64,000 bases of DNA. It comes from the human T2T-CHM13v2.0 reference genome, Homo sapiens. Numbering within the stretch: position 1 is the first letter of the stretch; each line of letters begins with the position of its first letter. The stretch lies in assembly GCF_009914755.1 (NCBI RefSeq), contig NC_060937.1; one strand, given 5' to 3'. Shown here piece after piece: positions 12,801 through 33,787 of this stretch. The notes beneath the pieces are model-generated. The model was not told the origin of the DNA and did not search any database. It saw only the letters and a program-made list of their open reading frames with translations. Made by a program: the position numbers and the translations under genes.

Positions 12801-13939
12801 ATTTGGATTAGAAATAGATCATAATTAAACAGTATCCTAAAATATGGATATTTACAAGTGTCAGAATTCACTTTTAGCCTCTGTCCCTGTCAGCAAAGTA
12901 ATAATAATAAACAATGATATTAATAGTATTGTTGCTTAATTTAGTTGAAAATCAAGAGCCCCAGCATATTACATCTGGGTCATAATCATAATCATGAATT
13001 TTAGTATCTTTTTAACAGAAATAAATCAGCAGTATGAAACATTACAAACTCGTTGAGGGCAAGGCATTCAATTCCTGTTCCTCTGTCACCTCCACCTCGC
13101 TATAGAAAAGGCTGTGCTCTGGACCCACTCTAAAGCATAAAGGGAATAAATTAACCTATGGAAGTCCACTGCACTGACATGTTTCTCCAAAGAGAAACTA
13201 ACACAGACTTAAAAATGTTTCCATCCTTCCAGAATTTGTGTCAATTCTGATGAAATAAATGACAAATTGTTTTACAGTAGACAAAAGCACCGAGCCAAAG
13301 GTGATTAATGAAAATCCTCTGTAGTCATATTTTGAGATCTTCCATTAAAGATATAAATTTAGGTTTGCAAATTGTTAATTTTAAGTGTGATTTTACTTAT
13401 TTTCAAAAGCAGGTTCTGACACCCTTGTGGTCATAGGAGATGTCAGACATTCCTAGTTATGGACCTCTTTCAGTCTGACAGGTACTAAAAGGCCTTGTTC
13501 CTCTCACATTTATTTCCTTTGTTTTCCTATATCTTATTTAGCAGAACTTTTCTAAGATCCTGCTCTCTTTCTTCAGAATTTAAAGAAAGAAATGAACATA
13601 ACTATGAAGGAAATAATGGCCTGTGCATTCAAAGGTATGCTTCCAATTATTATCCTATGATATGTTCAAATGGTTCACTGAAGCAAAAAAAAGCCATGGT
13701 TCTTTAGAAGGTCTTTAGTGAAGTTGAAAAGGAATGAAATTGAAAAGAAAATGATAGTCTTGGCAGGTCTGTTTCAGAAAAGTACATTAGTATATGTTTA
13801 TTTTTAAATTTGGGGGAGTAGATGATGTGGTACCTACTGCAATGGCTAATGTAGAAAAAAGAGGGGTATCCCACGTTAATGATTAAGTAATTCTGGAGAC
13901 CTCCTTAGAATTGTAGCTAAAAGTTTGGGAAATACATTT

Positions 13940-14383
13940 TGATGGAACTGTGATGTACCACCCAGCTCCCCCTTCCATAAACACTTGATTGCTTCAACTA
14001 TTAGGAGTGCAGACAAGAGACATCCTTCAGTTGCCAGTCCTTCAGGTATTGTCTTGTAGAACTACAGGAACTCCATCCAAAGCTACACCAGTTGGGGTAG
14101 GGCACATCCGATGACTAGTTGATGCAGGAATATAAAGTCCAGTCATTGTGCTCCAAGTAAGGGAAATACAAAGGGCTCTGCTAGCACCTAAGCATGGTAT
14201 GAGATCAGCCAAGGTTACTCTATTCTGGGATCATGATCACCAAGAATTCAATCTCTTGCTCTTACCAGTCCTGTTACCTTTCTCTCCCTTCCACAGATGT
14301 AGATTCCAAAGGCATTCCTTAATAAATACCCAGCATGCTAACTTCCATCTCACCGTATGTACAATAGAGAAACCGCCTGAAAG
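13940..14383 (+). mobile_element. LTR16C-type solo LTR (ERVL)
   Basis: accacccagctcccccttc...catccgatgactagttgatgcaggaatataaa (TATA 14131-14136)...cccttccacagatgtagattccaaaggcattccttaataaa (14321-14326)...catgctaacttccatctca. Confidence 0.8.
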
Positions 14384-16739
14384 CCCCCTGAAACCGCCAT
14401 CTAAGTGGCATGAAATTCCTACATCATAGTGGTAAGACTCACAAAAGGATATCATTCAGTTTTTCTTTCAAAAGGGGATTGACTTCTGTGTTACAATTTA
14501 TATAATTTGTTTCTGTTACCAGCAAACAGGTTTATCCAAATGCAACTAAATAAATATAATAGGAATCTTTGGCAAAAGTTTTAATATTTTAATGACAACT
14601 TTCCTCAAACTCTAAGTGGTAAACTAATAGAATCACACCAGCAGTGTGTAGGGTTGGAAATTAGGTCAATGTAGGATGCTCTTCCAATCCTTGGAAGGTT
14701 GAGAGTGTACCCTTACTGACTTCAGTGAATATCAAAATTAGAATAAGCAAAATAAAGAGTTTAGAGTCCTTAACACAGCTAATAGAAATAGAAAACTTTC
14801 TTTCCCTAAGTTGTTACTTTTCTAATTTTATATCCTTATCCCGTAGTTGTTGTTGTTGTTTTACTTTTTTGCAGTGACTCTTTTGGATATCTTATTTTGA
14901 TGGAAATCATTACCAAAAGGCTTCCTTCATAACAAAGTCCCCGGGTTTTGTGTTTTTTTTTTTTTAAATAACTGACTTATAAGCTATTAAAAAAATATAC
15001 TACCAGAGTAATTCCACCTATCTCAAACTGCAGGCATAAGATGACAGGAAAAATAACATGTCTCAAGAGAGTGTAGACACAGAATGTTCAAGACAGGGGT
15101 TATATGCTGATCCAATTCATAATTTGAACAGAACCTCATTAAAAGATTAAGGTAACAAAAGGTAAGTACAACTCTAAATAAAAGCAATTACAAAGATGTA
15201 GGCAGGATCCTGTGGCTCCAAACTCATGAATAAAAATTCAGAACTGTGGGTCCACTATGAATCTGGAATGAAAATGAGAACCTAGAGCACTGATGTTATT
15301 ATATAGCCTGAATGAAGTTAGACTCTGAAGGTTCACCCTGGTATATCAGATTCAGGCCTTTCGTTCTAAACCTTCCAGCCCTTATATTCAGGGCTATATC
15401 AATTTCTGAGCAAGGGCTTCTAGATTTACAACTAAAAAATGACTATGATTGGGCATTAATTAACAACTTTTGGAATTCATATGAATTCAAGAGTTTTCTT
15501 ATCAGTCTCTTGACATGACTTGCAAAGGAAACATGGCACAATAGAAACAAATCCAATTAATTACTTGAGGTTAATAGTATGTTCATTCTGGATTTTACAA
15601 TGATGGTTTGTAAAATTTAAATCATGCTAGAAGTATTTCTGCTTTGATAAGTTAAAAATACAGAATTCCATATTATTACACCTGAGTCTATTTTGATAAA
15701 ACCAAATGCTTTAAAAACATTTCATAAATTAAGATACAATGTTATTTGATTATTATTATTCCCATTACACAGCCAAAATTATATTGAAGTTGTGTATTTT
15801 AATAATCCTTTTCTATAATGTTTTTAAAGATATTTTAGAATTGGTAGATTTTTCATATTGCTAATAGGCATATATCATTATGACATAAAAGATAAATCTC
15901 TCACTGTCTTGATACTATACTAAATATTATATTATAACCTATTTAAAAACTGATAACAGCTATAGATCAAAACAATTAGACACCCATCGTTCAAAGGTTT
16001 AATCAAAATTCTCATGTGTGGCAGGATGGAAGAGTTCACTCTTGTTAAACACAAATATATATGTTGCTCCATAAGACAACTTTCTGCTCTAAATCTTGAA
16101 CTGTGAAGTTAGTTAACAAATGATTTTAAAGAATAAGTGACAACAATTGAAAATTAAAATCCTCATACAAATGAATTAAACTTTATACTTTTGATTTGTG
16201 GGATGCTCTTTGGTAATATTTCCATATCTTTTCAAATTTTTTACATTCATACATATTTAATTAATTCCTATTTCTTATACCCATCTTACTTGCCTATGAA
16301 TATATACCTTGGTTGTTTTTATAAAAAGCATAAACATATTACTCTAGTTTATCTCTCCAACAAACTGATCTCGAAATTTTTTGTACTCTATGTATTTTAG
16401 TTATAGCACATGTTCTATTGAAAATATTCTACATATTATCTCATTCCTCTTTTTTCACACTATTATAATCGCATGCTTTCTTAGGCACAATAGATTTAAT
16501 ATTCCCAGATCTTCTTTCAAATACATTGTTAATGTCATCTAAAATTCCTATATCTATTCTACTTACATTACTGTGACAAAGTTTTTTAGTTGCACTGAAT
16601 TATTAATAGATATTTAACTATTTGGTTTAATAAGATATCTTAGAAGCTAATAATAAAATCAAAACTCTATTTTATAACAACAAAAATCTCAATAACAAAA
16701 TTGGCAACATATGCCAAAATACAAATCAATATATGTTTG

Positions 16740-18548
<1,809 letters not shown>

Positions 18549-20706
18549 CAACCACAAAGGCATAAAATTATAAATCAATAACAAGAAGAAATCTGGGAAA
18601 GTCACAAATAGTTAGAAATTAAATGATATTCTCTAAAATAATCAATAAATCAAAGAAGAAATCATAAGAGAAATTAGTTAATTTTATGAGATAAATACAA
18701 GTGAAAATATAGCATACCAAAATTCATGGGATGTAAAAGCAGTGCTTACAAGGAAATTTATATTTGTGAATGCCTGTTTGATATATATCTTAAATTAATA
18801 TCATAAACTTCTATCTTAAGAAATTATAAATGTAAAAATATTAAATCAAAGCAAGCAGAAGAAATAATATATATTACAGTGGATATAAGTAAAATAGAGA
18901 ACAGAGAAACAATAGGAAGAATCAACAAAACCAATTATTTTAAGCAATCCATATAACTGATGAAACTTTAGCTAAACAGACCAAGGGGAAAAAAAAGAGA
19001 AGATGCAAATTATGAAAATTAAGACTTAAACAGGGAACACTACTACTGATGTTACAGAATTAAAAAACATTAAAAGTGTACAACTGTATGCCAACAAATT
19101 AGATGAACTAGATGAGTAGACAAATTTTTAGGAATAAACAAGCTACCAAACAGACTGAAGAAGAAATAGAAATTCTTCATAGACTTGTAACAAAGAGATC
19201 AAATTAGTAAATTATTTTTTAAAATAACTTCACCAAGAAAAGTCTTCATAGATAAATTCTACCAAATGTTTCAATCATTCACAAACTCTAGCAAAAAACA
19301 GAAGGAACACTTTACAACTCATTCTATGAAGGCAGAATTATCCTGACACCAAATACAAAGACATTACAAGAAAAATCTACAAGCCAGTATATCTATGAAT
19401 AGAAATAAAAAAAGTCCTAAGGATAATAAAAAGACACCAAATCCAGCAGTATTAAAAAATGACTGTATATTATGACCTAGTGGAGTTACTCTAGATTGCA
19501 AATTTAGTTCAACAGATGAAAAACCAATATAATACAACAAATCAATACAATAAAAAAACCCACATCATCACAACAATAGACACAGAAACAACATTTCTCA
19601 AAGAAATTCAACATCATTTCACTATAGAAATCCTCAAAATCTAGGAATCAAATGGGATTTCCTCAATCTTGTAAAGGACATCTAGGAAAACACACAGCTA
19701 AAATCATACTTACTGGAAAATACTGAGCATTTCATCCCTGAGATGGTGAACAAGACAAAGATGCCCACTCTCACCATTTCTTGTCAACAATATACTAGAG
19801 GTTTTGACCAGGGCAATTAGGTAAGGGAAAAAAAAGGTATCAAAGTAGAAAAGAAATGAATATAACTATATCTATTTCAAGATGACATGATCTTCAAAAA
19901 TAAGTAATCCATAAAAATTCTATTAAAGACTAATGAATGGATTCAGTAAATTTATAGGATATAACATGAACATAAAATTAATTATATGTTTATAAAATAA
20001 GGAATAATTCCAAAACAAAACTATAGAAACAGTTCCATGTAAAACAACATCAAAAAGATTAAAATATTTAGGTATATGTTTAAGTGAAAGACTTGTAGTC
20101 TTGCATTCTTTCACTTGTAGTGAATGACTTGTACACAAAAACTGCAGAATGTCATTGAAGGAAATTATAGGAGATCAAATAAATGGAATGGCATTTTGTA
20201 TTCATGTATTGGAAATCTTAATGTAAAAATGACACTAATCATCAAATTGATCTATAAATTTAATGCCATCCTTATCAAAATTCCAACTTACTTTTTAAAA
20301 GAAATTGACAAGCTGATTCTCAAATGTATAGTTAATCCAAGGGAACCAGACAAGCCAAAACAATCTGATAAAACAGAAAAAAATTTGGAGGACTTGCATT
20401 ATCTGATTTCTAAACTTACTAAGAAACTACAGTAATCAAGAATGTGTAGTGCTGGAATATTAGACATAAAGGTCAATAAAATTGATTTGAGGGTCAGAAA
20501 ATAAACCCTTATGCTTATGATCAGTTGATTTTTTTTACAAAGGTGTCAAGAAAAATTTAATGGAAAAAAGATCTTTCAATAAACAGTGCTGAGATGACTA
20601 TATATCAACATGAAAAAGAATGAAGTTGGACCCAAACTTCATACAATATGGAAAATTCAATTCAAAAAGGATCAAAGATCTAAATGTTAAGAGCTCAAAC
20701 TATACA
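18549..20706 (+). mobile_element. L1MB-type ORF2 remnant (nest level 1, left part)
   Basis: Degenerate ORF2 (ORF 20124-20435 resembles ORF2 NAIPIKIP...); stops at aagagctcaaactataca and resumes at 34477. Confidence 0.75.
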
Positions 20707-21654
20707 TAATAACTAGCTAATGACACACTGATACAATCAAACCTGCACATATCAATATTAACCTTGAAACTAAATAGGCTAAATGTCTCACTCAAAAGGC
20801 AAAGAGGGGTAAGTTAGATAAAGAAGAAAGACCCAGCTGTATGCTGTCTACAAGATACCCATCTCACATGCAATGACACCCATAGGTTCTAAGTAAAGAG
20901 ATGGAGAAAAATCTACCAAACAAACAGAAAACTGAAAAAAGCAAGGATTGATAGTTCAATTTCAGACAAAACAGACTTTAAACGACAGTGATCAAAAAAG
21001 ACAAAGAAGGGCATTACATGATAGTAAAGGATGTATTCAATAAGAAGACCTAACTATTCTAAATATATATGCACCTAACAAGAGGCACTCAGATTCATAA
21101 AACGAGTTCTTAGAAACCTACAAAGAGACTTAGATAACCACGCAATAAAAGTGGAAGACTTCAAGACCCCACTGGCAGTATTAGACAGGTCATTGAGGCA
21201 CAAAACTAACAAAGATATTCAGAACCTGAACTTGACAGTTGATCAAACAGGCCTGACAAACATCTACAGAACTTTCTACCCTAAAACAAAAGAATATACA
21301 TTCTTCTCATATGCATGTGATACATACTCTAAAACTGACAATCCAATTGTACCTGAAACAATCTCAGTAAATTAAAAAAAAATCAAATCATACCAAACAC
21401 ACTCTCAGAACACAGCACAATAAAAATATAAAACAATAGTAATAAAATCATACAATTACATACAAGTTAAACAACCTACTCAAGAATGACTTTTGGATAA
21501 ACAGTAAAATTAAGGCAGAAATCAAGAAATTCTTTGAAATTAATGAGAACAAAATACAACATATCAGAATTTCTGGGACACAGATAAAACACTGTTAAGA
21601 GAGACATTTACAGCACTAAAAGCACACATCAAAACGTTAGAAATATGTCGAATT
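20707..21654 (+). mobile_element. L1PA15/16-type 5'-truncated element, endonuclease region (nest level 2, part a)
   Basis: ORF2 start homology (cacatatcaatattaaccttg...acccatctcacatgcaatgacacccatagg); breaks at agaaatatgtcgaatt and resumes at 25330. Confidence 0.8.
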
Positions 21655-24600
21655 CATGGAAGGGCATTATATAATAGTAAAGGATTCAAGTCAACAAAAA
21701 GAGCTAACTATCCTAAATAGTCACACAACACAGGAGCACCCAGACTCATAAAGCAAGTTCTTGGAGACCTTCAAAGAGACTTAGATACACACACTGACAA
21801 TATTAGACAGATCACTGAGGCAGAAAATTAACAAAGATATTCAGGACCCAAACTCAGCACTGATTCAAGTGGACCTGATAGATATCTACAGAACTCTCCA
21901 GCCAAAACAACAGGATATACATTCTTCTCATCGTGACATGGCACATATGCTGCCATTTCTGCTGAAACTATTCCAAATATTTGAGGAGAAAAGACTCCTC
22001 CCTAACTCATTCAATGAGGCCAGCATCATCCTGATACCAAAATCTGGCAGAAATACAGCAACAACAATTTCAGGCCAATATCCTTGAAGAACATTGATGC
22101 AAAAATCCTCAAGAAAATAGTCACAAACAGAATAAAGTAGCACATAAAAAAAGCTAATCCACCATGATCAAGTAGGCTTTATCCCTAGGATGCAAGATTG
22201 GTACATATGCAAATCAATAAATATGATCCATCACATAAACAGAACTAAAGACAAAAACCACATAATTATCTCAATAGACACAGAAAAGGCTTTCAATACA
22301 ATTAAACACTCATTCATATTAAATATGCTCAATAAACTAGATATTGAAGGAAAATACCTCGAAATTAAAGAGCCATCTCTGACAAACCCATAACCCACAT
22401 ATTACTAAATGGCACAAGCTGGAAACATGCCCCTTGAAAACCAGCACAAGACAAGGATGCCTTCTCTCACCACTCTTATTCAACACAGTATTGGAAATCC
22501 TGGACAGAGCAATCAGGCAAGAGAAAGAAATAAAAGGCATCCAAATAGGAAGAGAGGAAGTCAAACTATCCCTGTTTGCAGACAACATAAGCCTTTAACT
22601 AGAAAACTCCATAGTCTCAGCACAAAAGCTTCTTAAGCTGATACACAACTTCCGCAAAGTCTCAGGATACAAAATCAATGGGCAAAATTTGCTAACATTC
22701 CCATAAACAAACAACAGTCAAGCTGAGAGCAAAATCAGGAATGTAATCCCATTCACAATTGCCACAAAAAGAATAAAATATCTAGGAATATAGCTAACCA
22801 TGGAGGTGAAAGACCTCTACAAGGAGAGCTACAAAGCACAAAGCTCAAAGGAATCACAGATGACACAAACAAACGGAAAAACATTCCATGTTCATGGATA
22901 GGAAGAATCAATATCCTAAAAATGGTGATATTGCCCAAAGCAAGTTATAGATTCAATGCTATTCCTATTATACTACCATTGAGATTCTTCAGGGTAGTAG
23001 AGAGAACTATTTTAAAATTTACATGGGACCAAAAAAGAGCATGAATAACCAAGGCAATACTAAGGAAAACAAACAAACAAACAAACAAAGCAGGAGGCAT
23101 CATGCTACCTAACTTCAAACTATATTACAGGGTTACGGTAATCAAAACAGCATAGTACTGCTACAAAAGCAGACACATAGAACAATGGAACAGAATAAAG
23201 AACCAAAAAAAAAGGCTGCACACCTACAACTATTCAATCTTTGACAAATCAGACAAAAACATGCAATTGGGAACAATGTCCTATTTGATAAATGGCACTA
23301 GGATAATAGGCTAGCCATATGCAGAAGATTGACATTGGACCCCTTCCTTACACCATATAGAAAAATCAACTCATGATGAATTAAAGGCTTAAATGTAATA
23401 ATCAAAACTGTAAAAACCCTGGAAGACAACCTAGGTAATACTATTTAGGACACAGGAACGTACAAAGATTTTATGATGAAGATGTCAAAAGCAACTGCAA
23501 CAAAAGCAAAAATGGACAAATGGGACCTAATTAAACTAAAGCGCTTTTGCATAGCAAAGAAAATGATTAATAGCGTGAACAGACAGCCTACAGAATGGGA
23601 GAATACTAGACAAAGTCTAGTATCCAGCATCTGTAAGAAACTTAAATAAATTTCAAGAAAAAAAATAAAAACCCCAAAAGTGCACAAAGGATGTAAACAG
23701 GCACTTTAAAAAAATGCAAATCAAAATTACAATGAGATACCATCTCACACCAGTTAGAGTGGCAATCATTAAAAAGTCAGGAAATGACAGATGCTGGAGA
23801 GGATGTGGAGAAATAGGAATGCTTTTACACTGTTGGTGGGAGTGTAAATTAGTTCAACCATTGGGGAAGACAGTGTGATGATTCCTCAAAGATCTAGAAC
23901 CAGAAATACCATTTGACCCCGCAATCCCATTACTGGGTATACACCCAAAGGATTATAAATCATACTACTATAAAGATACATGCACATGTATGTTTATTGC
24001 AGCACTATTCACAATAGCAAATACTTGGAACCAACCCAAATGCTCATCAATGATAGACTGGATAAAGAAAATATGGCACATATACACCATGGAATACTAT
24101 GCAGCCATAAAAAGGGGTGAGTTCATGTTCTTTGCAGGGACATGGATGAAGCTGGAAACCATCATTCTCAGTAAACTAATGCAGGAACAGAAAACCAAAC
24201 ATTGTTTGTTCTCACTCATAAGTGGGAGTTGAACAATGAGAACACATGGACACAGGGAGGGGAACATCACATACCAGGGCCTGTCAGGGGATTGGGGGCC
24301 ATTGAAGAGATAGCATTAGGAGAAATACCTAATGTAGATGATGGGTTGATAGGTGCAGCAAACCACCATGGCACGCGTATACCTATGTAACAAACCTGCA
24401 CGTTCTGCATATATATCCCAAAACTTAAAGTACAATTAAAAAAAATACATGTGGCCAACAAGCATATGAAAAAAAATTTTTAAAAACCATTAATAATAGG
24501 AAAAGGTTATGAACAGACACTTTTCAAAAAAGACATAATTGTGGCCAGGAGGCATATGAAAAAAAGCTTAATATCACTGATCATTAGAGACATGCAAATG

Positions 24601-25329
24601 AAAACTACAATGAGATACCATCTTACACCATCAGAATGGCTATTATTAAAAAGCAAAAAAATTACAGATGCTGGTGAGGTTGTAGAGAAAAAGAAATGCT
24701 TATATACTGTTGGTTGGAGTGCAAATTAGTTCATGCATTGTGGAAAGCAGTGTGGCTATTTCTCAAAGATCTAAAGACAGAAACACCATTTGACCCAACA
24801 ATCCCATTACTGGGTATATACTCAAAGGAATACATATTATTCTAATAAAAGACACATGAATGTGTATGTTTATTGTAGCACTATGTATAATAGGAAAGAC
24901 ATGGCATCAACATAAATGCCCATCAATGATAGACCAAATAAAGAAAATGTGATACACCATGGAATACTATGTAGCCATGAAAAGAACAAGATCATGTCCC
25001 TTGCAGGGACATGGATGGGGCTGGAGGCCATTATCTTTAGCAAACTAACGCAGGAACAGGAAATCAAATTTTGCATGTTCTCATTTATAAGTGGGAGCCA
25101 AATGATAAGAACACATGGGCACATAGAGGGGAACAACACATACTAAGACCTATCAAATTGGGGAAGATTGGAAGAGGGAGAGGATCAGGAAAACAATGAA
25201 TGGGTACTAGGCTTAATACTTGGGTGACAAAATAATCTGTACAACGAACCCTCATTACACAAATTTACCTATATAGTAAACCTGCACATGTACCTCTGAA
25301 CTTAAAATGAAAGTTAAAAAAAAAAACAA
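21655..25329 (+). mobile_element. L1PA13-15-type element with internal deletion (nest level 3)
   Basis: Endonuclease fragment, about 0.86-kb deletion near 21947, RT region, 3' UTR gggtactaggcttaatacttgggtgacaaaataatctgtacaac and A tail; TSD agaaatatgtcgaatt (21639-21654) / aaaaagatgtcaaatt (25330-25345). Confidence 0.8.
23712..24445 (+). mobile_element. L1PA6/7-type 3' fragment (nest level 4)
   Basis: ggagaggatgtggagaaataggaatgc and 3' UTR gcattaggagaaatacctaatgtagatgatgggttgataggtgcagcaaaccaccatggcacgc; the host resumes at tacatgtggccaacaagc. Confidence 0.85.
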
Positions 25330-27762
<2,433 letters not shown>

Positions 27763-27871
27763 TTTTTTTTATTATTATACTTTAAGTTTTAGGGTACATG
27801 TGCACAATGTGCAGGTTAGTTACATATGTATACATGTGCCATGCTGGTGCGCTGCACCCACTAACTCGTCA

Positions 27872-31827
<3,956 letters not shown>

Positions 31828-31863
31828 TTAGTTGATGCAGTTTCTTCCTAGTCTCGATGGTCT

Positions 31864-32879
31864 TTACATTTTGGCATGATTTTGCAGCGGCTGGTACCGG
31901 TTGTTCCTTTCCATGTTTAGCGCTTCCTTCAGGAGCTCTTTTAGGGCAGGCCTGGTGGTGACAAAATCTCTCAGCATTTGCTTGTCTGTAAAGGATTTTA
32001 TTTCTCCTTCACTTATGAAGCTTAGTTTGGCTGGATATGAAATTCTGGGTTGAAAATTCTTCTCTTTAAGAATGTTGAATATTGGTCCCCACTCTCTTCT
32101 GGCTTATAGGGTTTCTGCCAAGAGATCCGCTGTTAGTCTGATGGGCTTCCCTTTGAGGGTAACCCGACCTTTCTCTCTGGCTGCCCTTAACATTTTTTCC
32201 TTCATTCAACTTTACTGAATCTGACAATTATGTGTCTTGGAGTTGCTCTTCTCGAGGAGTATCTTTGTGGCATTCTCTGTATTTCCTGAATCTGAATGTT
32301 GCCCTGCCTTGCTAGATTGGGGAAGTTCTCCTGGATAATATCTTGCAGAGTGTTTTCCAACTTGGTTCCATTCTCCCCACCACTTTCAGGTACACCAATC
32401 AGACGTAGATTTGGTCTTTTCACATAGTCCCATATTTCTTGGAGGCTTTGCTTGTTTCTTTTTATTCTTTTTTCTCTAAACTTCCCTTCTCACTTCATTT
32501 CATTCGTTTCATCTTCCATTGCTGATACCCTTTCTTCCAGTTGATCGCATCGGCTCCTGAGGCTTCTGCATTCTTCACGTAGTTCTCCAGCCTTGGTTTT
32601 CAGCTCCATCACCTCCTTTAAACACTTCTCTGTATTGGTTATTCTAGTTATACATTCTTCTAATTTTTTTTCAAAGTTCTCAACTTCTTTGACTTTGGTT
32701 TCAATGTCCTCCCATAGCTCAGAGGAATTTGATCGTCTGAAGCCTTCTTCTCTCAGCTCATCAAAGTCATTCTCCATCCAGCTTTGTTCCATTGCTGGTG
32801 AGGAACTGCATTCCTTTCGAGGTGGAGAGGCGCTCTGCTTTTTAGAGTTTCCAGTTTTTCTGCTCTGTTTTTTCCCTAT
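31864..32879 (-). pseudogene. ORF1: L1 ORF1, disrupted
   Basis: Start codon ATG>ATA (32877-32879); CGA>TGA stop at 32490; frameshift near 32205; fragments MEQSWMENDFDEL... and KRPNLRLIGVPE... Confidence 0.93.
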
Positions 32880-33787
32880 CTTGTGGTTTTATCTACTTTT
32901 GGTCTTTGATGATGGTGATGTACAGATGGGTTTTTGGTGTGGGTGTCCTTTCTGTTTGTTAGTTTTCCTTCTAACAGACAGGACCCTCAGCTGCAGGTCT
33001 GTTGGAGTACCCTGCGGTGTGAGGTGTCAGTGTGCCCCTGCTGGGGTGTGCCTCCCAGTTAGGCTGCTCGGGGGTCAGGGGTCAGGGACCCACTTGAGGA
33101 GGCAGTCTGCCCATTCTCAGATCTCCAGCTGCGTACTGGGAGAACCACTGCTCTCTTCAAAGCTGTCAGACAGGGACATTTAAGTCTGCAGAGGTTACTG
33201 CTGTCTTTTTGTTTGTCTGTGCCCTGCCCCCAGAGGTGGAGCCTACAGAGGCAGGCAGGCCTCCTTGAGCTGTGGTGGGCTCCACCCAGTTCCAGCTTCC
33301 CAGCTGCTTTGTTTACCTAAGCAAGCCTGGGCAATGGCGGGTGCCCCTCCCCTAGCCTCGCTGCTGCCTTGCAGTTTGATCTCAGACTGCTGTGCTAGCA
33401 ATCAGCGAGACTCCATGGGCGTAGGACCCTCCGAGCCAGGTGCGGGATATAATCTCGTGGTGGGCCGTTTTTTAAGCCCGTCGGAAAAGTGCAGTACTCG
33501 GGTGGGAGTGACCCGATTTTCCAGGTGCCGTCCGTCACCCCTTTCTTTGACTAGGAAAGGGAACTCCCTGACCCCTTGAGCTTCCCGAGTGAGGCAATGC
33601 CTCGCCCTGCTTCGGCTGGCGCATGGTGCGAGCACCCACTGACCTGCACCCACTGTCTGGCACTCCCTAGTGAGATGAACCCGGTACCTCAGATGGAAAT
33701 GCAGAAATCACCCGTCTTCTGCGTTGCTCACGCTGGGAGCTGTAGACCGGAGCTGTTCCTATTCGGCCATCTTGGCTCCTCCCCCTC
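32880..33787 (-). promoter_or_regulatory. L1 5' UTR with sense and antisense promoters; YY1 site intact
   Basis: CpG-rich 5' UTR; YY1 site ggccatcttg at 33765-33774; short junction ggtctgttggagtaccctg at 32996-33014 lacks the 129-bp ZNF93-bound segment. Confidence 0.85.
33334..33579 (+). CDS. ORF0: L1 ORF0 (antisense), open, 81 aa
   Basis: gcaATGG Kozak context; MAGAPPLASLLPCSLISDCCASNQRDSMGVGPSEPG...; splice donors at 33440 (+106) and 33525 (+191); expression unknown. Confidence 0.75.
   Translation: MAGAPPLASLLPCSLISDCCASNQRDSMGVGPSEPGAGYNLVVGRFLSPSEKCSTRVGVTRFSRCRPSPLSLTRKGNSLTP

Noticed and set aside
13413-13481. Plus-strand coding exon (cag|GTTCTG...GACAG|gtacta)
   Set aside because: Stops in all three frames and a weak donor
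32593-33183. 196-aa plus-strand ORF
   Set aside because: Antisense shadow of L1 ORF1 and 5' UTR, with a non-ATG start
33330-33780. CpG island as a host gene promoter
   Set aside because: Fully explained by the L1 5' UTR
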